Below, piece by piece: positions 21,988 to 31,983 of a stretch of 64,000 nt of DNA. Below the pieces are notes generated by a model, which did no database searches, had not been told where the DNA came from, and saw nothing but the letters and a program-made list of their open reading frames with translations. Source of the stretch: Candidatus Latescibacterota bacterium (lineage in GTDB: Bacteria > Latescibacterota > UBA2968). Both the position numbers and the translations under genes were made by a program. The DNA is taken from positions 512,001 to 576,000 of the forward strand of contig OZ241986.1 of assembly GCA_965204375.1 (NCBI GenBank). The letters run 5' to 3'. Position 1 is the first letter of the stretch. Each line of letters starts with the position of its first letter.

Positions 21988-22755
21988 CTATGCCTGTTCA
22001 ACAATGCGAATAAATTCGTCTTCCAGCGTGGGGGTTTGCATCCGGTTTTGAAAGTCTTCCAATGTGCCGTTAAACTGCAATTGGCCTTTGTGAATGATGG
22101 CGAGGTCGTCGCTGAGCAGGCTGACTTCACCCATGCGGTGTGTGGAAAAAATGACGGTTTTTCCCGCGTCCCGGCAATCGCGAATGAGGTGTACGATATT
22201 GCGCGAGGTGACGACATCGAGGCCAGCGGTGGGTTCGTCGAATACAATGACATCGGGGTCGTGAATGATCGTGCGTACAATGGAGACTTTTTGTTTCATG
22301 CCCGTTGAGAGTTTGCCAATGCGGAGGTTTGCAAAGGCTTCCATGTCGAGGAGGGCAAAGAGGTGGTCGCGCCGCGCGTTGTAATCGGCACTGTTCATGC
22401 CGTGCAGGTCGGCAAAGTAGCGGACCATTTCATTGGGTGTCAGGCGATCGTATAAACCCGTGTTGCCGGTGAGAAAGCCGAGGTTTTCGCGCACAGCTTG
22501 ACTTTGCGTCGCGGTGTCGTATCCCGCGACAGATATGCTACCCGAAGTGGGTTTGAGCATGGTGGCAATCATGCGCAATGTGGTGGTTTTTCCCGCGCCA
22601 TTGGGACCCAATAGCGCGAAGACGCGACCTGGCTGGCAGGTAAAGCTGATGTTGCACACCGCGTCGATGGTGTTGCCCTGAAAACCATCTCCCATTTCGC
22701 GCTTTTGCTGCCGCGATAATTTAAAGGTTTTGACAATATTTTTTGCGATGACCAT
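21988..22755 (-). CDS. natA: ABC transporter ATP-binding protein, NatA-like
   Basis: GPNGAGKTT, LYDRLT, LSTGMKQKVSI, FDEPTAGLD. Confidence 0.75.
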   Translation of the reverse strand: MVIAKNIVKTFKLSRQQKREMGDGFQGNTIDAVCNISFTCQPGRVFALLGPNGAGKTTTLRMIATMLKPTSGSISVAGYDTATQSQAVRENLGFLTGNTGLYDRLTPNEMVRYFADLHGMNSADYNARRDHLFALLDMEAFANLRIGKLSTGMKQKVSIVRTIIHDPDVIVFDEPTAGLDVVTSRNIVHLIRDCRDAGKTVIFSTHRMGEVSLLSDDLAIIHKGQLQFNGTLEDFQNRMQTPTLEDEFIRIVEQA

Positions 22756-22955
22756 AATACACTCCGCGATTGCGGGTTGAACAAGTGAGATAGTGATAGA
22801 GTTACCCAATTTTGTTTTAAAATGCAAGGGAGTATTTTTAGAGGGGTAGAAATTTTATACATCGCTTGAGGTAGATGGGCTGAGGGAGTATTTGACTTTG
22901 CTGTTCAGACTTTGCACTTTGCACATGCTTTTTTACACGATTCAAAGGAGATGAC

Positions 22956-24197
22956 ATGGACAAACTCAAACTCGCCCTGATCGGTTGTGGTGGTATGGGA
23001 ACGCGCCATTTGTATGGGTTGCGCGAACTGGCGAAGACGCCGTTTAACAATATTGAATTGTGCGCCCTGTGCGATCTCAATCGGAACAATGCAGAATTGG
23101 CCGCGAGAGAGGCCGAGCAGTTGCTCGGTTCAAAACCTCCCGTATTTACATCTATAGAGGAGATGGCGCAAGCGATTCCCGATTTGATGGCTGTCGATGT
23201 GGTCACCGATCCTTCGGTACATCACACGGTGGTGTGTGAGGCTCTGGACCTGGGACTGCACGTGCTGGTTGAAAAACCTATGGCTATTTCTGTAAAAGCG
23301 TGCCATGCTATGAATGAGGCGGCTGAGCGCAACGGGCGAAAACTGTCGGTTGCTGAAAATTATCGGCGCGATCCTTCGGCGCGGTTAACGCGCCATTTGC
23401 TGGATACCGGACGGATCGGAACGCCTTATATGGCGACGCTTCACGCCATGCGCGGCGGCAATGAAATTTTTATCACGCCCTGGCGGCATTTGAAAGACCG
23501 CGGGGGACCGTTGATCGATATGGGGGTACACTATGCGGATCTGATTCGGTATCAACTCGGCGATATGGTCGAGGTATATGGCGATACGCGCCTGGTGGAG
23601 CCGGTGCGAAAAAAACAACAGTCCATTGGCGATCGGTACGAATTTTATCAGCAGCGTTTTCGCGCGATGCCCAGCGAAGTTCCCGCTACGGCAGAAGATA
23701 CGTCGATGGCGATGATGAAGATGGATAGCGGTGTGATGGTGAGTTTTATTGTGGGCATTGGGGGGCACGGTGCCTGCCGCAGTCAGTTGATTTTGGGCGA
23801 TAAAGGGTGTTTGCAGAGCTACGGGAGTCGCGGGAGTCAGGCGATATGGCAGTCGGGAGATGGGGAGGTGAGAGATCAGAATGCGATTTTAGATGCTGTT
23901 GACGATTTTGAATTGCATCCTCTCTTAGATCATTTTTTCCCTACCAAAAACAGCGTGGGCGATCAGGCAGTGGATTGGAAATTGATCGCTTATGAACAAT
24001 ACGAACTCGCCTGTGCTGTTCTGAATGATGACCCGATAGAGGTCGATGGTATTGAGGGGATGAAGGATGTGGCGGCAATTTATGCGATTTGCGAGTCTGC
24101 GTGCGCAGGTCGCACTGTGACGGCAGCAGAGATCGAAAGCGGCGAGTTGTACGAATATCAAGCAGAGATCGATGCGGCGTTGAATATCAATACTTAA
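22956..24197 (+). CDS. Gfo/Idh/MocA family oxidoreductase
   Basis: IGCGGMG, HVLVEKPMA, DMGVHYAD; AAGGAG RBS. Confidence 0.9.
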   Translation: MDKLKLALIGCGGMGTRHLYGLRELAKTPFNNIELCALCDLNRNNAELAAREAEQLLGSKPPVFTSIEEMAQAIPDLMAVDVVTDPSVHHTVVCEALDLGLHVLVEKPMAISVKACHAMNEAAERNGRKLSVAENYRRDPSARLTRHLLDTGRIGTPYMATLHAMRGGNEIFITPWRHLKDRGGPLIDMGVHYADLIRYQLGDMVEVYGDTRLVEPVRKKQQSIGDRYEFYQQRFRAMPSEVPATAEDTSMAMMKMDSGVMVSFIVGIGGHGACRSQLILGDKGCLQSYGSRGSQAIWQSGDGEVRDQNAILDAVDDFELHPLLDHFFPTKNSVGDQAVDWKLIAYEQYELACAVLNDDPIEVDGIEGMKDVAAIYAICESACAGRTVTAAEIESGELYEYQAEIDAALNINT

Positions 24198-24198
24198 A

Positions 24199-24576
24199 AT
24201 GGAGGAGAGACAGATGGTGATTCGCAATTGGCAAGATGCCACGCCCACAGTGGGCCATGAAACGGCGTTGATATGGTCGATTTTCAGGCAGAAGGGGTCT
24301 GCTGGTTTGAGCGAGGAAGAAGCACCGATGTTGGCGGCATCGGGATTTACCCTGCATATGATGCAGAGCCGCAAGGCGGGCGATTACCACATGCACGATG
24401 ACAAAGAACAGATTTATTATTTTACGCGCGGTCATGGCAAGATGAAGATCGATGACGAGATTTATCCCGTGGAGCCTGGCGATGCCGTGCATTTACCGCC
24501 GCATACCTATCACCAGTTGATCAATGACAGCGACGATTGGATTGAACACATCCTGGTGACTGTGCCGGTGGGTTAA
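24199..24576 (+). CDS. Cupin domain protein
   Basis: YHMHDDKEQIYY and PGDAVHLPPHTYHQL cupin motifs 1 and 2. Confidence 0.85.
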   Translation: MEERQMVIRNWQDATPTVGHETALIWSIFRQKGSAGLSEEEAPMLAASGFTLHMMQSRKAGDYHMHDDKEQIYYFTRGHGKMKIDDEIYPVEPGDAVHLPPHTYHQLINDSDDWIEHILVTVPVG

Positions 24577-25595
24577 GGATATAGAACGTATTTTAACCCC
24601 TCTTGTCGCTCTGCACCATCAAATGCCTGTTCCCAATTTTCGAGTGGCAGTCTGTGGGATATGTATTCCGAGGGATCTATTGTTTTGGCGATGACCATTT
24701 CGAGGGCGCGTTGCCAACTGGGCCAGTTCTGGGCAATAGAACTGTTCACGGAAAGCTGTTTGTAGATGATTTTGCCCCAGTTCACTTCAACGGGATGTTC
24801 GATCAGAGCCACCTGTGTGAATGTGCCGAGGGGGCGCACGGCGTCCAGGCATTGATCGATGGAGGCAGCAGCACCGGCGCATTCGATGACAATGTCGGCA
24901 CCGTCATGGTTGAGCGAGCGGACAAATTCAGATACGTTTTCGCGCGTGACATCTACGGTGTGTTCTGCGCCTTTAGCCATAGCGAGGCGATGGGCGTCGC
25001 GGTCTGTTCCGCAGACAATAACGCGTCCGCCTGCGAGTCTGGCGAGGTCGGCACACATCAGGCCAATGGGACCGGGACCAGAGACGACTACCCAGTCGCC
25101 GGGTACGATTTTTGTGTGAAAAAGAACGGCTTTGATGCAGCAGGCGAGGGGTTCAACGAGCGCGGCAGTGTCATAGGAGACGGATTCGGGAAGCGGAAAG
25201 GCGAGGTTTTGGGGGATGACGCAGTATTCGGCAAAACCGCCATCGCGCATGCTGCCAACGGATTTGCGCTGGGGGCAAAAGAAAAATTCGCTTGCCCGGC
25301 AGTAGCGACAGTGTCCACATGCCCCATTCGCCGTGGGGAGGACCGTGACGCGGTCGCCTGTTTTGATGCGGGTGACATTGGCCCCGACTTTGACAACTTC
25401 GCCTGAAAGTTCATGGCAAAGTGTGACTGGTGGGCGAAAGCCATAACCGCCGTGGCGGATGTGGAGATCGGTGCCGCATAGTCCGCCGCGCTGAACGGCG
25501 ATTTTAATGTCGTCGGGGTGTTCGATATCCGGTTCTGGGATGTCGCATAAGGCGATGTGTCCAGGGCCGGGTTTTAGTTTGCGTACAGCGCGCAT
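24573..25595 (-). CDS. Zinc-dependent alcohol/polyol dehydrogenase (MDR)
   Basis: GLCGTDLH, CHE, CGHCRYC structural Zn, GPGPIG; start ATG 25595; its stop overlaps the cupin stop in TTAA. Confidence 0.9.
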   Translation of the reverse strand: MRAVRKLKPGPGHIALCDIPEPDIEHPDDIKIAVQRGGLCGTDLHIRHGGYGFRPPVTLCHELSGEVVKVGANVTRIKTGDRVTVLPTANGACGHCRYCRASEFFFCPQRKSVGSMRDGGFAEYCVIPQNLAFPLPESVSYDTAALVEPLACCIKAVLFHTKIVPGDWVVVSGPGPIGLMCADLARLAGGRVIVCGTDRDAHRLAMAKGAEHTVDVTRENVSEFVRSLNHDGADIVIECAGAAASIDQCLDAVRPLGTFTQVALIEHPVEVNWGKIIYKQLSVNSSIAQNWPSWQRALEMVIAKTIDPSEYISHRLPLENWEQAFDGAERQEGLKYVLYP

Positions 25596-25719
25596 GGTAT
25601 TTGTGCAGTTCAAAGGATATGTATTTGGGGTCGTGTACTTTGCTATTATGCACAATCTTCACATGGTAGGCAATCACTGTTTTCGCAGAGGCATCGGACG
25701 CGGTACAAGGGCGACTTCT

Positions 25720-27645
25720 CTATACCCGGTCCATCCAGATCGGGGACGACCAGCCCATCTCGCCGTCGATCTGGATCACGCGGATGTAGTAATAGGCGTT
25801 TGCCTCAAGTGCAGTAGTGTCCTGCCACTGCAAGCGATAGACATCCTGTCTATCCCTGCGATGGGGCGTTCCGGTCTCAACGACCTGCCCGTTCTGTACG
25901 ACCTCAACGCGATCGATCGCGTCTGTACCCCGGACGTAGGCATAGATCTCCCTCGACACCTCCCCGTTCTCGACTTCCAGAATACTCCCCATAGGCTGAT
26001 CGTTGAGTGTGAAGTCCAGGATAATGCGAGCGCCCGTGGTACCGTAACAGCGACGGTTTTTGAGCGCATCAAACAGCGCCTCCCGCGTTAGTTCGGGCGC
26101 CCAGACTGCTGCAAGTCCCCCTGGAAAAGGCGTATGGATCTGTCGGTCGTGCTGATAGCTACGTCCCGGCATGCCCACGTGGTTGTCGCTGCTGGCGATC
26201 ATACCCAGCCGGTAGCCCCGTCTCAGCGCTTCCCACGCCCCTGCTCCCGGCGTCATCCCTTTGTCCCACCGGTCCATTGAGGGATTTTCAGATTGTCCCC
26301 AACACGAATAGATCTCCATCAAAGGTTCCAGGTCCGGATCGTGAAGCGACCAATCCGTCCACGTTTTGACGTGATGCGGGATCAGCATCACATCTTTCCG
26401 TCCCCGATAGTGCTCGTACAGAAAATCGGGCATATAGCTGAACGTCTCGGCATCTTGGGGCGGCTCAACCACATCGTCTCGAAAATACACATTCCGATGG
26501 CCCACCGGAGAGCCAGCTTCATAGGACCTGAACGTCACAAATTCTCCTGGTCGATAATGCTCAATGGCCTTCTGCTGGAGAAGCTCCCAGCCCACGCCCG
26601 TAATCGCGCCCTGATCGGTAATGGCCACGAAATCGAGCAGCGTCACTTCCCGGGCGTACTGATATACATCATCCGGCGTACCGCAGGAAATGCCCTTGGA
26701 CCAGCCCGTCTGTCGGGCATCCTTCTTTTGCGAGTGCATCACATGATATTCGCTCTGGGCGTGCAGGTCTCCCCAGAAAAGTTGCAAATTGTTCTCATCC
26801 GAGTGAATGCACGGATTTGAAGTCCCCCAGATCTGTTTCCCTCCCGGATCGGTCAGCGTCACGCCCTCAAAAATGGCTTCCGAATTTTTCAGTTCCACTT
26901 TAACTGGCTGCAATCCGGAAAATCGGACGTTGCTCACCCGACGCCAGCGCTCGTCGCGCAGGACCAGAGATCTGGGAGGATCGTCATTCGGACGGCAGTG
27001 ACAGGCATCTGTCAGGGCAATCCGCACGGGAGGTACAGGCCCTTTAATCACAGATGGGACTACTACGTTGGCCCGCGCTGGAAAGCCCGACACCACGTCC
27101 AGTTCGATCGGTGCTCCTCCGGGGCGCACCCAATTTCCACCGCCCGGGTCCACATATACCGAAATCGTCAGTTCGTCTTCTGGAAAGGTCTGAACCCGTA
27201 CACCGCGTCTCACAAATCGAGGGTCCCCGTAAGTCAACACAATCTGGTCTCCCCCGACCAGCGGTCCATCCTCTACCGTCGCCGTGATCCACCATCGCCA
27301 ATACGTCTCCGCCGGGTCTTCATCGGGGATTAGCATGCGCTCCATCGTCTCCAGATGCAGCACAGCGTCCCCCTGGGTGACCACCTCTGCCGTCGTGTTG
27401 ACCGGATGAAAGGGGGCGTACTTCCGATCTTTTCCCCGCACCAATTCGTCCCAGTACCGAAGCTGGGGCACCACAACAGGCTCCCATCCGGTATTGGGCA
27501 CCCCAACACGCAGCCGCGCACCTTCAGCCAGGCCGTTCTTGCCTGTTGTAAACGTCAACTTCAACGTCACATATGAGCCGGTCACAAAGGGCCCCGCTGG
27601 TGAAAGCGTCACCTGACCTGTCGTGTCGTCCTGAGAAAAAATCAT
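25720..27645 (-). CDS. DUF3604 / CehA-McbA-like PHP-fold metallohydrolase
   Basis: WGDLHAQS, ITDQ, GHRNVY, IPHH, ASSDNH, ALKNRRCYGTTGARI, YYYIRV.Q.DGE.GWSSPIW. Confidence 0.8.
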   Translation of the reverse strand: MIFSQDDTTGQVTLSPAGPFVTGSYVTLKLTFTTGKNGLAEGARLRVGVPNTGWEPVVVPQLRYWDELVRGKDRKYAPFHPVNTTAEVVTQGDAVLHLETMERMLIPDEDPAETYWRWWITATVEDGPLVGGDQIVLTYGDPRFVRRGVRVQTFPEDELTISVYVDPGGGNWVRPGGAPIELDVVSGFPARANVVVPSVIKGPVPPVRIALTDACHCRPNDDPPRSLVLRDERWRRVSNVRFSGLQPVKVELKNSEAIFEGVTLTDPGGKQIWGTSNPCIHSDENNLQLFWGDLHAQSEYHVMHSQKKDARQTGWSKGISCGTPDDVYQYAREVTLLDFVAITDQGAITGVGWELLQQKAIEHYRPGEFVTFRSYEAGSPVGHRNVYFRDDVVEPPQDAETFSYMPDFLYEHYRGRKDVMLIPHHVKTWTDWSLHDPDLEPLMEIYSCWGQSENPSMDRWDKGMTPGAGAWEALRRGYRLGMIASSDNHVGMPGRSYQHDRQIHTPFPGGLAAVWAPELTREALFDALKNRRCYGTTGARIILDFTLNDQPMGSILEVENGEVSREIYAYVRGTDAIDRVEVVQNGQVVETGTPHRRDRQDVYRLQWQDTTALEANAYYYIRVIQIDGEMGWSSPIWMDRV

Positions 27646-27684
27646 ACCGCTACCTCATTCAAGTCCTGCTATCGATCGCTCATT

Positions 27685-28851
27685 TTATGGATAAACCACA
27701 TATTGAGATAGGGCATCTTCGTCCATCTCAATTCCCAGTCCCGACCCCTCAGGCAGGTGGAAATGGCCCTTCTCACACACGATGGGCCGTTTCAAAAACT
27801 GGTTGGAAAGATCGAGCATCAGTGGTTGATACTCCTGGAAAATCAAATTCGGAATGGCCAATGCCACGTGGATTGAAGCCGCGATATTGGGCGGCAGACA
27901 GACCCCTGCATGCAGCGCAATGGGGATATTGAACGCCTCGGCCAGATCGGCGATTTTCATAGCTTCCGTAATTCCGCAACGCCCCACATCGGGCTGTGCG
28001 ATATCCAGCCCCCGTGCCTGAAACCAGTTGAGAAATTGGTACCGCGTTGTCTCTGTCTCTCCGGCCGCAACGAACATGTCCAGTTCCCGGGCAATCTCCG
28101 CGTGGCCTTCAATATCCTCCGGGCTGGTCGGCGTTTCAAACCAGAATACCCCCAGACGCTCCAGGTGCCGTCCCAATTGCAGAGCCGTTGGCGTGTCATA
28201 ATTCCACAGTGCATCCACCATCAACCGGACATTCGGCCCCACCGTATCTCGAATTCCTTCGACGTGCCGCAAATCTCTTTCTATTCCGAAGCCCAAAAAC
28301 ATCTTGAGCGCCTGGAAACCCTCCAATATATGCCCGCGTGCCGCCTCCGCCATTTCCTCAATCGAGTTTCCTCGCACCCCCGAAACATAAACCGGCACTC
28401 GATCCCGGAAAGCCCCGCCCAAAAGCTCCACCACCGGCACACCCAGCTTCTGCCCCTGGATATCCCACAGGGCCGAATCTACTGCCGCAAGGCCGTGTAC
28501 CATAAATCCGGAGTAGTGTCCCCGCAGGTTCATCGCGTGATACATTTCGTGTTTCAATACCCCCCATTCAGCTGGGTCTCTTCCGATCAAAATCGGTCTT
28601 AGCACCTTGTCGATCACCATCGCCGTCACCTCCGGGCCGATCGGTGCCTGTCCTTCTCCCCATCCCACAATGCCACCGTCTGTCTCCACTTTGACCAGCG
28701 TCGTCTCGGTCTGGCGGGAATAGAGTCCCCGCCATCCCGGCTGCACATCGTAGGTCCGCTCCCTCGCCCGCTCTTCTTCTACTCCCTTTCCGCCAAAGGT
28801 ATCTTCCTGGGGAATTTTAATCGCCATCGGCTTGATATCGGTAATTTTCAT
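27685..28851 (-). CDS. Mandelate racemase/muconate lactonising enzyme family (acid-sugar dehydratase-like)
   Basis: MKITDIK start at 28851; TDGGIVGWGE, DSALWD, LMVDA, FETP, GE, QPD, GSGLG. Confidence 0.85.
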   Translation of the reverse strand: MKITDIKPMAIKIPQEDTFGGKGVEEERARERTYDVQPGWRGLYSRQTETTLVKVETDGGIVGWGEGQAPIGPEVTAMVIDKVLRPILIGRDPAEWGVLKHEMYHAMNLRGHYSGFMVHGLAAVDSALWDIQGQKLGVPVVELLGGAFRDRVPVYVSGVRGNSIEEMAEAARGHILEGFQALKMFLGFGIERDLRHVEGIRDTVGPNVRLMVDALWNYDTPTALQLGRHLERLGVFWFETPTSPEDIEGHAEIARELDMFVAAGETETTRYQFLNWFQARGLDIAQPDVGRCGITEAMKIADLAEAFNIPIALHAGVCLPPNIAASIHVALAIPNLIFQEYQPLMLDLSNQFLKRPIVCEKGHFHLPEGSGLGIEMDEDALSQYVVYP

Positions 28852-28862
28852 CTTTTTATCCC

Positions 28863-30581
28863 TTATGGGCCTGCCTGTTCTGTCACCGTCAAAACCCGAT
28901 TGACGGGTATATTCTTCAGCACCTGCACCGTTCCGCTGGGCCACCGAATCACCAGGGTATCTACTGTTGAACGACTACCCAACCCGAAGTGAACCCGGAG
29001 ATCGTTCTGGGAGAGATAGCTCGATCCGCTCCGCACCTCCTTCACCTGTCTCAGCCTCCCGGAGACCACCCTTACCCTGGCACCGATTCCATCCCGGTTG
29101 CTCACCGTCCCCACGGTTCGGACTATCAGATAGTTATTTCGGTTTCCCCCGTCGTTGCGCAGCAGGTCCGCCCGCTCGTTGGAGTTGAGGACAAACAGAT
29201 CGACATCTCCGTCGTTGTCATAATCCCCGAACGCCGTTCCTCGACTGGCCTTCACAAGGCGCATCCCATCTCCGGATTCCCAGGAAGCGTCGGCGAACGT
29301 CCCATCCCCGTTATTGGAAAAAAGGAGATTGCGCTGTGGATAAGAGGTTGACCCATCCAGCCTTTCGATGTTGTCCTGCACATGACCGTTGGCCGCGAAA
29401 AGGTCGCTGTGTCCGTCGTTGTTGTAGTCAAAAAAACCGACTCCCCATCCCAGGTAAGGGCGGGTAACCCTGCCCGTACCGGAGGCAAATGACACATCGG
29501 TGAACGTCCCGTTCCCGTTGTTGCGGTAGAGAGTATAAGTCTCATGCTGGAAATTGGTCACAATCAGATCCATCCACCCGTCGTTGTCATAATCGCCGGC
29601 ATCTACGCCCATGCCTCCCTCCTCCTGGCCGTTCTCGTTGTAACTGACCCCAGAGATCAATCCCACATCGGTGAATGTCCCATCCCCATTGTTCCGATAG
29701 AGGAAATTCCCGACCATATCGTTGGCCACATATAGATCGGGATCCCCATCGTCGTCGTAGTCTGTGACGACTACACCCAGGCTTTTCCCTTCGGTATTGG
29801 CTATACCCGCCGCATCGGCTACATCGGTGAATGTCCCATCCCCGTCGTTCCGATAGAGCCGGTCAGGCGCACCATTGAAGTTATGCGGGTGGGGATATGT
29901 CTTCAGGTCCGAGGCACGGGCACCGTGGTAATCGGCGATATAGGGGATCAGATCGATTCGCGGATCGTCCAACGAGTAATCGAGGTAGTTGGCCACGTAG
30001 AGGTCCAGGTCTCCGTCATTATCGTAGTCCAGAAACGCACATCCTGATCCCCAGTGGCTGTCGCCCACGGCGGCGCGTTCCGTCACGTCGGTGAACGTCC
30101 CATCCCCATTGTTCCGATAAAGGAGGTTGGAGCCGTAGTTGGTCACATAGAGGTCCAGATCCCCGTCGTTGTCGTAGTCGCCGGTAGCGCATCCCGTTCC
30201 GTATCCCGTGTCGCCCACGGCGGCGCGTTCCGTCATATCGGTGAATGTCCCATCCCCGTTGTTCCGATAAAGCCTGTTCCTCGGCGTCTCATTTCCTACA
30301 AACTCTGGAAGTGGGGCACCGTTAACAGCATACAGGTCCAGGTCGCCATCGCCATCGCAGTCGAAAAAAGCGCAGCCTGCTCCCATCGTCTCCACGAAGT
30401 ACTTTTGCCCACTTCCTCCGTGGACGTGGCGGAATTCGACCCCTGCCTGAATCGTGACATCCACAAATCGAATGCCCTGTGCATCGCCTGGATTCCGTTT
30501 TGGGCCACAAGTCAGGCCAAATAACGCGACGAGAACCATGAAACGGGCTGTCCACACTCGCGCTGAGTGAAACCAGAACAT
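28863..30581 (-). CDS. CRTAC1-family FG-GAP repeat protein with C-terminal ASPIC/UnbV domain
   Basis: Repeated DYDNDGDLDLYV and LYRNNGDGTFTDV; SNRDGIGARV...GSSYLSQND..HFGLG...IRWPSG. Confidence 0.9.
   Translation of the reverse strand: MFWFHSARVWTARFMVLVALFGLTCGPKRNPGDAQGIRFVDVTIQAGVEFRHVHGGSGQKYFVETMGAGCAFFDCDGDGDLDLYAVNGAPLPEFVGNETPRNRLYRNNGDGTFTDMTERAAVGDTGYGTGCATGDYDNDGDLDLYVTNYGSNLLYRNNGDGTFTDVTERAAVGDSHWGSGCAFLDYDNDGDLDLYVANYLDYSLDDPRIDLIPYIADYHGARASDLKTYPHPHNFNGAPDRLYRNDGDGTFTDVADAAGIANTEGKSLGVVVTDYDDDGDPDLYVANDMVGNFLYRNNGDGTFTDVGLISGVSYNENGQEEGGMGVDAGDYDNDGWMDLIVTNFQHETYTLYRNNGNGTFTDVSFASGTGRVTRPYLGWGVGFFDYNNDGHSDLFAANGHVQDNIERLDGSTSYPQRNLLFSNNGDGTFADASWESGDGMRLVKASRGTAFGDYDNDGDVDLFVLNSNERADLLRNDGGNRNNYLIVRTVGTVSNRDGIGARVRVVSGRLRQVKEVRSGSSYLSQNDLRVHFGLGSRSTVDTLVIRWPSGTVQVLKNIPVNRVLTVTEQAGP
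30061..30271. repeat. Intragenic near-identical FG-GAP coding repeat (61 bp, 150 bp period)
   Basis: 30061-30121 vs 30211-30271, 4 mismatches by hand alignment. Confidence 0.8.
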
Positions 30582-30639
30582 CCTGAACGATCCTTTCTAT
30601 CCACCTCGCAGAGGTCCCAACAAAACCGTAACGCCACCT

Positions 30640-31983
30640 TCAAGGAGCTTTGCGTGCGATCTCTTCTGCCTCTTCCAAATTTCTCTTTGTTTCGGGGTCG
30701 GCCGGATCGATCGCAAGCGCTGCCTTCCAGGCCGCCACTGCTTCCTGCAATCGCCCCTGCGCCGCATAAATGACCCCGAGGTTGTTATGGGCCTTTAACA
30801 GATTAGGATCGATCACAATCGCCCGTTGGTATTCGGCCATCGCCTTATCCAGTACACCCTGCTGCTGATGTACCGCACCCAACTCAACGTGCGCTGGCGC
30901 AAACTCAGCGTCCAGCCCGATCGCCTTCTGAAAAGCTGTTTCAGCCTCCCGATACATGTCCCGCTGTGCATAGACCAACCCCAGATTGTGATGTGCATCT
31001 ACCGAAACCGAATCCAGCGCAATCGCCTTCTGAAAAGCTGTTTCGGCCTCCCGATACATGCCTTGCTGTGCATAGACCAACCCCAGATTGTGATGTGCAT
31101 CTACCGAAACCGAGTCCAGCGCAATCGCCCGTTGAAACGCCTTGGCAGCCCGCTCGAGTTTTTCGTAGCGTGCGTGGATCACTCCCAACTCAACGTAAAC
31201 AGAGGGATCATTGGGACTTTGTCGAAGGACAGCTTCCGCCTGTTCCACCTCTTCCGCATACGCATATAGCCGTTTGAATATCTCCAACTCCCGCTCTCCC
31301 GCGTCGGTTTTTCCCTGTCTCATATAGACCATACCCAAACCATAGTGGGACTTCGCGTGTTCCGAATCGATCTCCAGAGTCCGTTTGTACGCCTGAATCG
31401 CCTCCGGATATTTGCGCTGTTTTGAATAAGCATTTCCCAGCGCGTAGTGGGCATCTCGATAGTCGGGATCGCGCTGTATCGCCTTCTCGTATTCCGCTAT
31501 GGCCCGGGCATACTCCTTTCCCTCCATGTAGATTTCTCCCAGATTGTAATGTACCTGGGTCAGATCCGGGTTGATCGCGACTACCTTTTCATAAGCTCGA
31601 ATTGCCTCCGTGTACTCGCCCTGCTGTGCGAGCACACGGCCGAGGTTATAGTAGGCCTCCACAAAATCTGGCCGCAGAGCGATCACCTTACGGAAGGCCT
31701 CCACCGCCTCATCGTATTTGCCATGGGATGTGTAAACAAGGCCCAAACCAAAGTAGGGCATCGGAGAATCCGGGTCCAATTCGACTGCTTTTTGGAAGAC
31801 CTCCATTGCCTTGCCGCGTTCGCCCTGGTTTAAGTGAACCATCCCTAAATGATACCTTATCTCCCCTCTGGACATGCCCTTCTCCCTTTCAGGGTACGGC
31901 CAGAAGTAGATGATAAGCCCGATCAACAGGAGGAATACAGCGTATATCCAACCTCTTTTCCATTTTTTTGAGCCGGCATTCAC
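30640..31983 (-). CDS. Membrane-anchored tetratricopeptide repeat protein
   Basis: N-terminal TM, about 11 canonical TPRs (AYYNLG..L...G.Y.EA...Y.KA). Confidence 0.9.
   Translation of the reverse strand: MNAGSKKWKRGWIYAVFLLLIGLIIYFWPYPEREKGMSRGEIRYHLGMVHLNQGERGKAMEVFQKAVELDPDSPMPYFGLGLVYTSHGKYDEAVEAFRKVIALRPDFVEAYYNLGRVLAQQGEYTEAIRAYEKVVAINPDLTQVHYNLGEIYMEGKEYARAIAEYEKAIQRDPDYRDAHYALGNAYSKQRKYPEAIQAYKRTLEIDSEHAKSHYGLGMVYMRQGKTDAGERELEIFKRLYAYAEEVEQAEAVLRQSPNDPSVYVELGVIHARYEKLERAAKAFQRAIALDSVSVDAHHNLGLVYAQQGMYREAETAFQKAIALDSVSVDAHHNLGLVYAQRDMYREAETAFQKAIGLDAEFAPAHVELGAVHQQQGVLDKAMAEYQRAIVIDPNLLKAHNNLGVIYAAQGRLQEAVAAWKAALAIDPADPETKRNLEEAEEIARKAP
30921..31129. repeat. 102-bp tandem duplication equal to one TPR unit
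   Basis: 30921-31022 vs 31023-31124, 5 mismatches by hand alignment. Confidence 0.9.
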
